Below are positions 10,017 through 19,172 of a DNA stretch of 64,000 bases, piece by piece. Within the stretch, counting starts at the first letter, position 1. Every line of letters begins with the position of its first letter. Made by a program: the position numbers and the translations under genes. Origin of the DNA: Minisyncoccota bacterium (GTDB lineage: Bacteria; Patescibacteriota; Minisyncoccia; Phycocordibacterales; WO2-35-19); NCBI GenBank assembly GCA_041664625.1, contig JBAYKK010000003.1, positions 4,331 to 68,330 of the forward strand, given 5' to 3'. Under the pieces are notes generated by a model. The model did no database searches. It had not been told where the DNA came from and saw only the letters and a program-made list of their open reading frames with translations.

Positions 10017-10607
10017 ATGAAATTATTGATTTTGTTTTCTCTCTATCTTTCTTCGGTCTTTGCCCAAGAAGGGGTGAAGCTGAAGGACGTCACCATGTCT
10101 TACGGGGATTCGGCGTTTACGTCAGGGCTCAATATCGCCACGACGTTCTCACTGAAACCAAATCGGGATCTGGAGCTGGTCGGCAACAGTGAGCGGTTTT
10201 ACACTACTGTGAACTTCAAGACGGCTAGCAATAAGCTTTCGCTCGATGCGACCGCTGGAGCTTTCAAAAAGTTGCCGTGGGTAGGGCCACGAGTGGTCTA
10301 CACTCCGGTCAAGCAAGTGATGGCGATGTACTGGAGTGGGGTTTCGGCCGGACGGGTTGAGGCGATCAGGGCTGAGCCCAAATCGTTCTTTCAACAGCTC
10401 AGCTTTTATGTGTATCCGATTGAGGGGGTCTCTCTGGGGTACACAGCAATCAAAATGGATGTGTACAAAGCCACCATGTTGCCTGAGGTGGCTTACAAGT
10501 TCAAGCTGATGAAAGATCTCAAGATGGGCGTAAGCGCGACCTACGACACGGTCGCCAAGAAGCCGCTTTTTTGCGTCTTCTTGTCATACAGTCCTCCTCA
10601 AAAATAG
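10017..10607 (+). CDS. Hypothetical secreted beta-strand-rich protein
   Basis: Signal peptide MKLLILFSLYLSSVFA-QE; SD AAGGT; TTGACA promoter at ~9967; terminator 10622-10659. Confidence 0.7.
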   Translation: MKLLILFSLYLSSVFAQEGVKLKDVTMSYGDSAFTSGLNIATTFSLKPNRDLELVGNSERFYTTVNFKTASNKLSLDATAGAFKKLPWVGPRVVYTPVKQVMAMYWSGVSAGRVEAIRAEPKSFFQQLSFYVYPIEGVSLGYTAIKMDVYKATMLPEVAYKFKLMKDLKMGVSATYDTVAKKPLFCVFLSYSPPQK

Positions 10608-10621
10608 TTTGGACAGGTTTC

Positions 10622-10659
10622 GGCCCCGCACTTCAGATGAAGTGTGGGGCCTCGTTTTT
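10622..10659 (+). terminator. Intrinsic terminator
   Basis: ggccccgcacttca-ga-tgaagtgtggggcc followed by T run. Confidence 0.8.
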
Positions 10660-10676
10660 ATATTTTTGAATGCTTT

Positions 10677-10958
10677 TTATTGCTCGTTTTCTGCGTCTTT
10701 CTTTTCATTCAAATGAGCGGATAGTTTCCTTAAAAGGTTAGGTATATCTCCGACTGGAGTTTCTGGAGATATGTCTCCATTTGTTAAAAAATATTCTATT
10801 AAATCAGCCGCGTTTTCTGCACTCAAAACATCATCTTTCAAATCGTCTTCTATCTTAGCTATTTCTTGTGCTATTTCTTCATCTTTTGGAGTTGCTCTTT
10901 CAATTTCTTCACCAATTGCATTTATTTTTCTGTTTATATTTTCATCTTCTAGATTCAT
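10677..10958 (-). CDS. Hypothetical acidic protein
   Basis: 93-aa ORF directly downstream of the methyltransferase. Confidence 0.6.
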   Translation of the reverse strand: MNLEDENINRKINAIGEEIERATPKDEEIAQEIAKIEDDLKDDVLSAENAADLIEYFLTNGDISPETPVGDIPNLLRKLSAHLNEKKDAENEQ

Positions 10959-10968
10959 GTTTTTTAAA

Positions 10969-11910
10969 TTAATATTTGTAATTTATCCAAATGGCAAAAA
11001 TGGACATGGGCAAAAGTTTTAAATTTTGCTGATTGATAGCTAATTCACCGACCTCGATATTACCCCGCCCGCCATTGCTACGCTCAGGCGTTAGCGGGCA
11101 GGCTCCTAAGTCCTTAGTTATTTCAGAAAGTAAATTGGCTACAGAAATTGATGAAAGCTCAGTTGAATACATATTGAAAATTATAAAGAGTGGGTTTTCA
11201 CTCAAAATGGCTCGGCAAGCTTGCAGGAGTTCTGGTAGTTGTTCTTCTATTTTCCAGACCTCGTCTTTGGGTCCTTTGCCGTAACTTGGCGGATCCATGA
11301 TGATCGCATCGTATTTTTTGCCGTTTTTTGCTTCTTTTTTTATAAATTTGATAACGTCATCTACGATCCATCTGATCGGCGCGTCTTGGAGGCCTGAGAG
11401 TTTTTGGTTTTCTCTTGCCCAATCCACTGATGGTTTGGAAGCATCTACATGAGTGACTTTGGCTCCCCACTTCGCTGAAGCTTCGCGGGACAGGCCCGCT
11501 TTGGCGGCAACTAAACTTGCAATTCCGGTGTAGCCAAATAGATTTAAAATATTTAATTCTTTTTTTTCTTTCCCCTCCTTTTCATTCATACTTCTTAATT
11601 CATAATTCATAATTCTCTCCTCTATCCATTTCCATTGTGGGAATTGCTCTGGGAAAATGCCGATATGTTTGGAAGTATTTTTGAATTTAATTTTGGCTTT
11701 GATTCCCCCAATTCCAATATCTACTACTGTTTCCAGTTCTTTTTTGCATAATTCATGATTCCATATTCTTGCGTCATTTTTCTGCCACCAAGCTCTAGGC
11801 TCATTCCTCACGATTTTGACGCCGTTAATTTCTTCTAGTTTTTGCTTGTTGCCCGAGTCCAATAGTTTGTAACCTCCCATCTCCCCTGTCCATATTTTTA
11901 TATCTTTCAT
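10969..11910 (-). CDS. Class I SAM-dependent methyltransferase (RlmI/RlmK-like)
   Basis: YKLLDSG, KHIGIFPEQ, LNLFGYTG, VTHVDAS, DPPSYG. Confidence 0.9.
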   Translation of the reverse strand: MKDIKIWTGEMGGYKLLDSGNKQKLEEINGVKIVRNEPRAWWQKNDARIWNHELCKKELETVVDIGIGGIKAKIKFKNTSKHIGIFPEQFPQWKWIEERIMNYELRSMNEKEGKEKKELNILNLFGYTGIASLVAAKAGLSREASAKWGAKVTHVDASKPSVDWARENQKLSGLQDAPIRWIVDDVIKFIKKEAKNGKKYDAIIMDPPSYGKGPKDEVWKIEEQLPELLQACRAILSENPLFIIFNMYSTELSSISVANLLSEITKDLGACPLTPERSNGGRGNIEVGELAINQQNLKLLPMSIFAIWINYKY

Positions 11911-11955
11911 GATTTTACAATACCACAAAATTTCAAACTATGGTATTGTTATATT

Positions 11956-12506
11956 ATGAAAACTGAATTCGAGACTAGATTTTTGGAAATAGATAAGGAG
12001 AAGCTTATTGCTAAATTAAAAAACTCGGAGCATTTGATGGTGGGGAGACCAGATTGGATGAAGAAATATTTTATGACCAGAAATTGGACTGGCTGAATCA
12101 AAATAAATTTGTAAGACTCAGAAAAAAAGAAGATAAGGTAATACTCACCTATAAACATAATTCTAAACAGAAAGTAGACAGTGCTCAAGAGATTGAATTT
12201 GAAATATTAAATATAAATGCAGCTAGACTTTTTTTGGAAGCTTTAGATTTGATTAGGTACAGACAAATTCAAAAGTACAGACATACTTTCAAATTGGATG
12301 GGGTGACTTTTGATATAGATACTTGGCCCAAAATCCCTGTGTATGTTGAATTAGAAGGAGATTCGGTCGAAGAAATAAAAGTGGTTGCTGAAAAGGTTGG
12401 CTTTGATTGGGAAAAGAGATTTGATAAAGATGCCAGGTATGTTTTTAAGCATTATGGTTACGATTTTGATAAATTAAAAAATGTGACTTTTGATAAATTT
12501 GAATAG
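11956..12506 (+). pseudogene. CYTH-domain (class IV adenylate cyclase-like) gene split by a -1 frameshift
   Basis: N-terminus MKTEFETRFLEIDKEKLIAKLK (ExE motif) from 11956 is out of frame with 12054-12506 (VRLRK, LTYK, EIEFE, YVELEG); the shift maps to the A6 run at 12018-12023. Confidence 0.8.
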
Positions 12507-12507
12507 A

Positions 12508-12999
12508 ATGGAAAATATAAGAAATAATCAAGAAGAAAGGAAGCAAATAGAGACTATAAATGAGCCTGAAAATCTAGCTGTGGTGGTTATAAAACCTGAT
12601 GCGGTAGATAGAGCAGATGAAGTCGTCAGAAGATTGGAACATGAAGGATTTTCAATTCAAAAAAGGGTAAGAAAAATATTGCCAGAAAAATTTGTTGATT
12701 CAAGATCAGAAAACTTTCCTCTCGACATCCAAAAAGAAACTGGCAAGTATTTGACCACTGCATCTTCAGAAATAATCTTACTCAAAGGCGGTGATGATAT
12801 TGTGGAAAAACTCAAGTTTGTCACTGGAGAAAATACGAATCCTGGCAAATCTGATAAAGGCAGTATCAGGGCTATTTTTGGGGAACACTTCCCCAGGAAA
12901 ACTGATGATGGGAATGATTTTTTTAGAAATGCCATACATCGCCCAGCAAACGAAGAAGAAAGAAAATCAGATCTCGAGCAATTTAGAGATATTTTATAA
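12508..12999 (+). CDS. ndk: Nucleoside-diphosphate kinase family protein
   Basis: VIKPDAV, GSIRAIFG, RNAIH motifs. Confidence 0.85.
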   Translation: MENIRNNQEERKQIETINEPENLAVVVIKPDAVDRADEVVRRLEHEGFSIQKRVRKILPEKFVDSRSENFPLDIQKETGKYLTTASSEIILLKGGDDIVEKLKFVTGENTNPGKSDKGSIRAIFGEHFPRKTDDGNDFFRNAIHRPANEEERKSDLEQFRDIL

Positions 13000-13049
13000 A
13001 CAAAAATCTCGTCGTCTACATTAGACCCTGGGCATCTAGTATAAATTAT

Positions 13050-14693
13050 TTACAAAAATAAGCGGACGAGGCGGAGGTCTTCGTAGGAGTATTTGGCACC
13101 GAGGATTTCTTTGACTGGAGCCAGTCTGTAGCCCTCGCCTTCACCTATGCCGATTTTGCGGAAAGCGTTATAAATCTCTTTAAACTTATTTTTGGTCAAG
13201 TTGTCTCTGAGATTGTAGATATTATAATTTGGGTCTTTCTCTTTTATTTTTTCTATATGATCTAAAATACTGCCGAGCTTGAGTCCCCTCTCTTTGGCTA
13301 TCTCTTTGAGACTTTTGCCATCATCTAGCATTTTTTTGGTTTCGCTCACTGTGTCTAACTTCTTTTCTTTTTTATTTTTACTTTCACCGCTTACTTTTTT
13401 AGCAAAAGTCTCATGCATTTCGGATAGTTTTTTGTCGCCCATAGTTTTGATATGAAAAGCGGATGTTTCTGAAAGTTCTCTAAATTTTTTATCAAATTCC
13501 AAAACCTCTTCGTTCACTTTCAAAGCCATCTCGTTCAAACCTTTGAGGAAAAGCCCTGCTAGTGAGCGTACCCGAGAAAGGGCGACATAACCCATACCTC
13601 TCTCAAAAGAGGCTGATAAGTCGATCTCAGCTGAGTCCAATGACATTCCTTGGCTTTTGTGGACAGTGATTGCCCAAGCCAAACGTAGGGGGTATTGAGT
13701 TATTTCTGCTTTACTCTTACCTTCTTCCTCTATGCGCCAACTTTCTTGTTCTACTTCGATTACTTTGCCAGAGACAGTTTTCACGTGTATTTCATCATGA
13801 GTACATTTCACTACTACCCCCAAAGTGCCGTTGACGAAACCTTCTTCAAAATTATTTTTTACAAACATTATTTTAGCGCCAACTTTTAGACGCAAAATTT
13901 TGGGAGCCAAACAACTTTTTTGTAAATTCTCTATCATGTATGGTCGGCCTTTTTCTTGCATTTCGTATTCAAAAACTTTACCTGAAATTTTTTCAAGTTC
14001 GGTTTCGTTTTCACTGTTCACATCTCGGTTGTGTGAATAGAGTTTGGTCGGTTCAAATTCTGGTTTTTTGTTAAATCGAGTGTTTAAGATTTCTAAAATT
14101 TCATTTGAAACTTTGGCATCTCTAACTGCGTTTAATATTTTCAAATATTCCAAATCATTTTGCCTGTGTTGTTCAGAAAGGTAGCAGATTTTGAGGTCAA
14201 GCTTTTTCCAAGTCTCTGAATGATAAGCAAAGAAAACTTCTGGTTCAAAAGACTTCCTAACTGGTGGTAACTGAAAAAAATCTCCACAAAAAACCACTTG
14301 CATGCCACCAAAAGGTTCGTCTGAATTTTTTATTTTTTTTATTATTTTTTCTATCAGATCTAGTCGGAAATGATGCAACATTGATATCTCGTCTATCACC
14401 AAAACTTTTGCTTCAGAGATGTTTTTCTTTATGTGTTTTTTTTCAGCTATTTCTTCTATATCGCTTTTACTCAAATTGTCTCTGATACCAACTCCACTCC
14501 AAGAGTGGATAGTGGTCCCGCCCATATGAGTCGCGGCTATGCCGGTTGAAGCTGTAATGCCGATCTGGGCATTGAGGTCTCGCAGATAGTTTATGTATTC
14601 TCTTAAAATATGAGTTTTGCCACTACCAGCAGCACCAGTCAAAAATACATTTCGGCCAGTCTTCAATATATTCAAAGCTTCTTTTTGGGTCAT
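13050..14693 (-). CDS. PIF1/RecD-like SF1B helicase with C-terminal HTH
   Basis: GAAGSGKT, TASTGIAA, DEISM, GDFFQLPPV, QYPLRLAWAITVHKSQGMSLD, YVALSR. Confidence 0.92.
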   Translation of the reverse strand: MTQKEALNILKTGRNVFLTGAAGSGKTHILREYINYLRDLNAQIGITASTGIAATHMGGTTIHSWSGVGIRDNLSKSDIEEIAEKKHIKKNISEAKVLVIDEISMLHHFRLDLIEKIIKKIKNSDEPFGGMQVVFCGDFFQLPPVRKSFEPEVFFAYHSETWKKLDLKICYLSEQHRQNDLEYLKILNAVRDAKVSNEILEILNTRFNKKPEFEPTKLYSHNRDVNSENETELEKISGKVFEYEMQEKGRPYMIENLQKSCLAPKILRLKVGAKIMFVKNNFEEGFVNGTLGVVVKCTHDEIHVKTVSGKVIEVEQESWRIEEEGKSKAEITQYPLRLAWAITVHKSQGMSLDSAEIDLSASFERGMGYVALSRVRSLAGLFLKGLNEMALKVNEEVLEFDKKFRELSETSAFHIKTMGDKKLSEMHETFAKKVSGESKNKKEKKLDTVSETKKMLDDGKSLKEIAKERGLKLGSILDHIEKIKEKDPNYNIYNLRDNLTKNKFKEIYNAFRKIGIGEGEGYRLAPVKEILGAKYSYEDLRLVRLFL

Positions 14694-14766
14694 CCCGTAG
14701 TAGATTTTGGCAATGTTATTTAATAACCAATTCCGTAGGAATTATTGCCAAAATTCACTACGGGAT
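14692..14766. repeat. Long imperfect palindrome (CCCGTAG...CTACGGG) at helicase start
   Basis: atcccgtagtagattttggcaat pairs with attgccaaaattcactacgggat. Confidence 0.75.
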
Positions 14767-14854
14767 CATAGGGACATTCTAGCAGATTTTTACACATTTC
14801 CTTTTTTTAAATATGGGAGTATGCTGTTGATAGAAAAAGAAAGAGAGGTGGTTT

Positions 14855-15343
14855 TTGAGAAGAAAAAAGAGCCCACCTGGTTTCAATATACACCACCGCA
14901 AACCTCGGAGGTTTGGTGGTCAGACTACTGAAGAAAATATCTCGGTAGTGCGTCGGGTCGAGCATAAGGCCTGGAACATTCTCTTTGACAATCTCCCAGC
15001 TCATGATGTGGTCAGATTATTCAGGGAATATTGGGAAATATTTGGAAACGAATCTCGAGTAACCCATGAGATTCGGCAGATCGGTCTTTCGGTACTTGGG
15101 GAAATGGAAAATTTCCAAAAATACAAAGACTTGCTCTCTGAAGCGGAACTGAATCGCATCAAGAGAACTTTGAGTACGGAAAGGTCTAAACTGAGAAAGA
15201 GCCGAGCCTGGGGGGTGCTCTTTAGTGGCCTTTCTTTGGAGCAGATATTAGTCAAAATCAACGGGGTCTGGATTGATCCAGATTACAAGTTGGTTGCTGA
15301 AGTCACCCAAGCCACTAACGTAAAGTTAGAGGCGAGATTTTAA
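14855..15343 (+). CDS. Hypothetical protein with HNH-like N-terminus
   Basis: NIHHRKPRRFGG...ENIS..V...H motif; SD GAGGTGG before TTG; terminator ~15362-15390. Confidence 0.6.
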   Translation: MRRKKSPPGFNIHHRKPRRFGGQTTEENISVVRRVEHKAWNILFDNLPAHDVVRLFREYWEIFGNESRVTHEIRQIGLSVLGEMENFQKYKDLLSEAELNRIKRTLSTERSKLRKSRAWGVLFSGLSLEQILVKINGVWIDPDYKLVAEVTQATNVKLEARF

Positions 15344-15412
15344 AGAAGTATCTACAAAAAAGGAGCGCTGGGGTGAGGCGCTTCTTTTCATTTTACCTAA
15401 ATGCTTTTTAGT

Positions 15413-17146
15413 TTAGTTAGTTTTGGGTAGTTCAATGATAAATGTAGTGCCTTTGCCCACACCTTCGGAAGAAACTTTTATATCACCACCATGAGCCTCT
15501 ACCATTTTTTTGGCAATATAAAGACCTAGGCCGGTACCAGTAACATTGGTCTTGCCTGCATCTTTGGTCCTAGAAAATTTTTCAAAAAGTTTATTCATTT
15601 CGCTTGGGTCGATGCCAACTCCAGTGTCTTTGACGGCAATCTTTACTTTGCCCGCCGTAGCTTCATGTGAGGACTGAGCTTTGTCTATTTCGTTTGATAC
15701 GGAGATTTTCAAACTACCTTTGAGAGTATATTTGAGAGAATTATCAATGATGTTACCGATCACTTGTTTTATTTTGTTTCGGTCGGCGTTAATTTTTGTG
15801 TCTAAGCCCTGAGGTATGTCAACTTCCAAATTCAATCCCGAGTTTTCAATATTTGGTTTTAATTCGTTGATGACTTCTAAGGTTAATTCAGCTAAATCAA
15901 AATTACTTTTTTCGTATACCATCCGACCTTGTTCAATACGGGAAATATTTAAAAAGTCAGCCACTATGTTTATCAAATTTTGGCAAGATTTCATAATGGT
16001 CTGGACTGAGTCGGTTGCTTTTTGAGGCAAGACTCCAAAATCCCCTTCTAAAAGCATTGAGGAATAGCCCTTGATAGCCGTAAGTGGCGCTCGTATCTGA
16101 TGACTGGCTAACGACAAAAATTCTGACTTCATTTGGTCCAGTTCTTTTAACTTCTCATTGGACTCGGCCAAATCTTGCGCCAACCTTTCAATCTCCTCTC
16201 TTTGGGCAACTTCTTTTTTTACTGAGCGGATGAGAAATACTCCAAATACTATTGATGATACTAGCGTGATGCCAGTGAGTATTTGGTTTGTATTTGTTTT
16301 GATGAAGAAAAATTGAGAACCGATTAAGATCATTAATCCCATCATAAGGATTTGAGCACCAAAAATTTTGATCTTAAAGGTTTTGTATTTCACTATTACA
16401 TAAGTCAGAAATACTAAAAAGATTGGAATACCAAAAATACCATATTGCCCCACTGTCCAACTATAATCTCCAAATATCGAATTAGCATCAAACAAACTGC
16501 CGATTACATTCCCAAAAGAGAAAGCAATAAGGAACCCTAAACTTCCAAAAGTAATTAACGCTATTTTTGGGCGTTTTTCTTTTAATTTATTTTTTATGTA
16601 ACTTTTGATGGCAAAGAAAAGCATCCAGAGTATGAATATACATTCAATAAAATAGCCATAGTATACGAGAGGCCCTTCTACTGCATCCCTATCGCAGTTT
16701 GATATATCGTAGCCCAATAATGTAAATTTGGTGGAAGCCAAGATTACAGTGGGCGTCAATAGTGTAATGATGATTGCCTTTTTTATAAAAGATATATCTT
16801 TTTCGTCAATAAATAAATAAAGAAAATAAAGTAAGCCCGCATAGACCATCGGTTCAACCATATTTATAATTGTCCAAACATACATAGTGACTGAGGGTTT
16901 GTCGGTAGCCCAAAGTATTAAATCCCCCAAAAGCCATATACCTAAAGTAAATACGGTGGCTAAAAGTATTTTTGTGGCTGGAGTTTTATTGCTTTTGACA
17001 TACAAAAATATCACTAAAATAAGGGAAGATATCAAAGGGAAAAGGTGTGAATAGTAAATAATCGGGTCAAAAACATTAGTAGAAAAAATCAAAAATTTAC
17101 TTGATCCCCATTCGCAGGCCGAAATTAAATTTTGTATCTCGTTCAT
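15413..17146 (-). CDS. Multi-TM (7TM-type) sensor histidine kinase
   Basis: Hydrophobic N-terminal half; ASHQIRAPL H-box; NIIDNSLKY, DTGVG, GTGLGL. Confidence 0.93.
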   Translation of the reverse strand: MNEIQNLISACEWGSSKFLIFSTNVFDPIIYYSHLFPLISSLILVIFLYVKSNKTPATKILLATVFTLGIWLLGDLILWATDKPSVTMYVWTIINMVEPMVYAGLLYFLYLFIDEKDISFIKKAIIITLLTPTVILASTKFTLLGYDISNCDRDAVEGPLVYYGYFIECIFILWMLFFAIKSYIKNKLKEKRPKIALITFGSLGFLIAFSFGNVIGSLFDANSIFGDYSWTVGQYGIFGIPIFLVFLTYVIVKYKTFKIKIFGAQILMMGLMILIGSQFFFIKTNTNQILTGITLVSSIVFGVFLIRSVKKEVAQREEIERLAQDLAESNEKLKELDQMKSEFLSLASHQIRAPLTAIKGYSSMLLEGDFGVLPQKATDSVQTIMKSCQNLINIVADFLNISRIEQGRMVYEKSNFDLAELTLEVINELKPNIENSGLNLEVDIPQGLDTKINADRNKIKQVIGNIIDNSLKYTLKGSLKISVSNEIDKAQSSHEATAGKVKIAVKDTGVGIDPSEMNKLFEKFSRTKDAGKTNVTGTGLGLYIAKKMVEAHGGDIKVSSEGVGKGTTFIIELPKTN

Positions 17147-17316
17147 TATATTTTGGTAAAAATATTTTTTATAGGGTCAAAACTACCGGGAATGTTTTCT
17201 GGGTCAGTGAAAAAGTTTATATCCTCTAAATATATATATTTATAAAAAGAAAAAGATATAGAAAATAATATCAATAAAATAAAACACACAAACAAAACTT
17301 TAGACTTTTTGTCCAT
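17146..17316 (-). CDS. Small single-TM protein coupled to the kinase (56 aa)
   Basis: MDKKSKVLFVCFILLILFSISFSFYKYIYLED...FTKI; TAATG stop/start overlap with kinase; TGtTATAAT just upstream of ATG. Confidence 0.75.
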   Translation of the reverse strand: MDKKSKVLFVCFILLILFSISFSFYKYIYLEDINFFTDPENIPGSFDPIKNIFTKI

Positions 17317-17359
17317 ATTGGTATTATAACATATTTTATTTTGTAGTTTGTTAAATAAG

Positions 17360-17390
17360 AAATCCCCCCGCGCGAATCGCAGGGGGACTC
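17360..17390 (-). terminator. Terminator of peptide 1
   Basis: Minus strand gtccccctgcga-t-tcgcgcggggggat followed by T-rich tail. Confidence 0.7.
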
Positions 17391-17397
17391 TGGTTGC

Positions 17398-17523
17398 TTA
17401 GTTGTCCTTGTCGTCGCTGTCAGCATCGCTATCAGCGTCGTAATTACCGGACACAACAGAATCGTCGTCGCCACAACGGTAGATGATACAACGATCGTCT
17501 GGCACAGTGGAATCACCGTACAT
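17398..17523 (-). CDS. Acidic Cys-containing peptide 1 (41 aa), putative precursor peptide
   Basis: MYGDSTVPDDRCIIYRCGDDDSVVSGNYDADSDADSDDKDN; SD GAAAGGAG; promoter and terminator; paralog at 18948-19067. Confidence 0.8.
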   Translation of the reverse strand: MYGDSTVPDDRCIIYRCGDDDSVVSGNYDADSDADSDDKDN

Positions 17524-17531
17524 ATTTTTCT

Positions 17532-17627
17532 CCTTTCCTCAAGAAGAGCCTAGCTAGCTGCTCTCCCATCCAAAGTACTGGGTTTGCCTGTCTGTGTTTA
17601 GTATGGTCTTAAAATACTTTTTGTCAA
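17532..17627 (-). promoter_or_regulatory. Duplicated promoter and structured leader, copy 1
   Basis: TTGACA-N16-CATACT, leader hairpin, SD; highly similar to 19077-19172. Confidence 0.8.
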
Positions 17628-17648
17628 TAGTGTGGTATTCTTAGGGGT

Positions 17649-18896
17649 ATGTTATTCCCTGAAATAAAAATTGAAAAAAATACAATTAATGGTGCTATTG
17701 TGTATAAACTTTATAAAAAAGATGCTCCTTTGGCCATAAGGTTTACTTTTTTTGCTGGTTCTCGTTTTGATGAAAAACCCGGAGTGGCTCATTGTCTAGA
17801 ACATTTATTTGTAGCTTCTACTTCTTTTTTTAAATCAAAAGATCAGATAGCTAAATATTTGGAACAATTTGGTGGAAATTTTTCAGCGACAACAGGTAAT
17901 GATGTTTTAAGAGTAAATATTGAAATTTCTGATAAAGAAGATATTGAAAAAGCTCTTTTGTTAATGAAAAGTTTTTTAGATAGAAGAATATTTGATAATA
18001 ATGTTTTTGAAAATGAAAGGAAATCTATTTTGTCAGAATTTCTAGAAAAGAAAAGTAATCCGTCTAAATTTGTTTGGGAATTACGAAGGAAAAATTCTTT
18101 TGCAGGAACACCTCTAGAGAACTCTATAATTGGTACAGAACAGGAGGTATTAAATATAACTGTTGACGATGTGATTAAACATCATGATAAAAATATAACA
18201 TCAGGAAAACTAAACATAGTAATTGCTGGAGATTTTGAAGAAAATATTGTTGATAACATAAAACAAAATTTACCTGAAATAAAAATTGAAAAATACTTAG
18301 GTCTGGATAATATTTTTTTTCCAAAAATGTTGCCAAATAAAAATCGCAATAAAATAATTGAAAAAAATATAGCCGACGGAAAACAGGCGTACACCGTTTG
18401 TAGTTTGGCTATATTTGACAAATTATCTGTAAAAGAAAAAATAGCTTTAAAGATATTCAATAATATATTTGGAGTGGGTCGCGGTTCTGTTTTGTTATCA
18501 AACCTTAGATACAAAGAGTCTTTTGTATATTCAGCTTTTTCATCGTTAAATGGGGGCTATGATTGGAGTATTTTTGATATTTATTTTTCTTCAAATTATC
18601 AAGACATTAATAAGTGTATTGAGATAATAAAGCAACAAGTAATAGAAATAAAAAATGGTAAAATCAGTAAAGAAGAATTTGAAAATGAAAAAAATAGAAT
18701 TATTAAAAATTTAAAAAGAGAATTGCAGACAACAAATGATCTGGTCAATTTTTGTGAACAGCTTTTTATATTTGAAGAAAATCTTAGTCTTAAAATGTAT
18801 AAAGACGCATTCGATGATTTAAAATTGGAGGATTTCTTGATTGTTATTAATAAATTTGTTAAAGAAGATCAATTTAACGTTGCAATTTGTAGATAA
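17649..18896 (+). CDS. M16 family zinc metallopeptidase
   Basis: AGSRFD, HCLEH (HxxEH), ERKSILSE, LRYKESFVYS; markedly AT-rich. Confidence 0.88.
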   Translation: MLFPEIKIEKNTINGAIVYKLYKKDAPLAIRFTFFAGSRFDEKPGVAHCLEHLFVASTSFFKSKDQIAKYLEQFGGNFSATTGNDVLRVNIEISDKEDIEKALLLMKSFLDRRIFDNNVFENERKSILSEFLEKKSNPSKFVWELRRKNSFAGTPLENSIIGTEQEVLNITVDDVIKHHDKNITSGKLNIVIAGDFEENIVDNIKQNLPEIKIEKYLGLDNIFFPKMLPNKNRNKIIEKNIADGKQAYTVCSLAIFDKLSVKEKIALKIFNNIFGVGRGSVLLSNLRYKESFVYSAFSSLNGGYDWSIFDIYFSSNYQDINKCIEIIKQQVIEIKNGKISKEEFENEKNRIIKNLKRELQTTNDLVNFCEQLFIFEENLSLKMYKDAFDDLKLEDFLIVINKFVKEDQFNVAICR

Positions 18897-18901
18897 TTAA
18901 G

Positions 18902-18928
18902 GAAGCCCCTCAAACTGCAAGGGGCTTC
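18902..18928. terminator. Terminator between convergent M16 gene and peptide 2
   Basis: gaagcccct...aggggcttc hairpin. Confidence 0.75.
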
Positions 18929-18947
18929 TGTTGGGTTATTTCGGCAA

Positions 18948-19067
18948 TTAGTCGTCCCCGTCCTCGTCGTCGTCGCATGGTTCGTCTGGGTAATCATCGC
19001 TTCCCGCACGAAAAACAATACAACGATAATCGGGAATAGGTTCCTGGATTTTTTCCAGTGTTTGCAT
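18948..19067 (-). CDS. Acidic Cys-containing peptide 2 (39 aa), putative precursor peptide
   Basis: MQTLEKIQEPIPDYRCIVFRAGSDDYPDEPCDDDEDGDD; SD GAAAGGGA; paralog of peptide 1. Confidence 0.8.
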   Translation of the reverse strand: MQTLEKIQEPIPDYRCIVFRAGSDDYPDEPCDDDEDGDD

Positions 19068-19076
19068 GGTATTATC

Positions 19077-19172
19077 CCTTTCCTCAAGGAAAGCTCAGCT
19101 GGTGCTCTCCTATCTAAAGTACAGGGGGTTGCCTGTCTGTGTTTAGTATGGTATTAAAATATTTTTTGTCAA
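19077..19172 (-). promoter_or_regulatory. Duplicated promoter and structured leader, copy 2
   Basis: TTGACA-N16-CATACT, leader hairpin AGGAGAGC/GCUUUCCU, SD. Confidence 0.8.

Noticed and set aside
17271-17516. Track ORFs 17271-17516 and 18869-19087 (minus, Thr-rich)
   Set aside because: Alternative frames of the acidic peptide genes; they run through terminators and lack the SD-ATG arrangement of the peptide frames.
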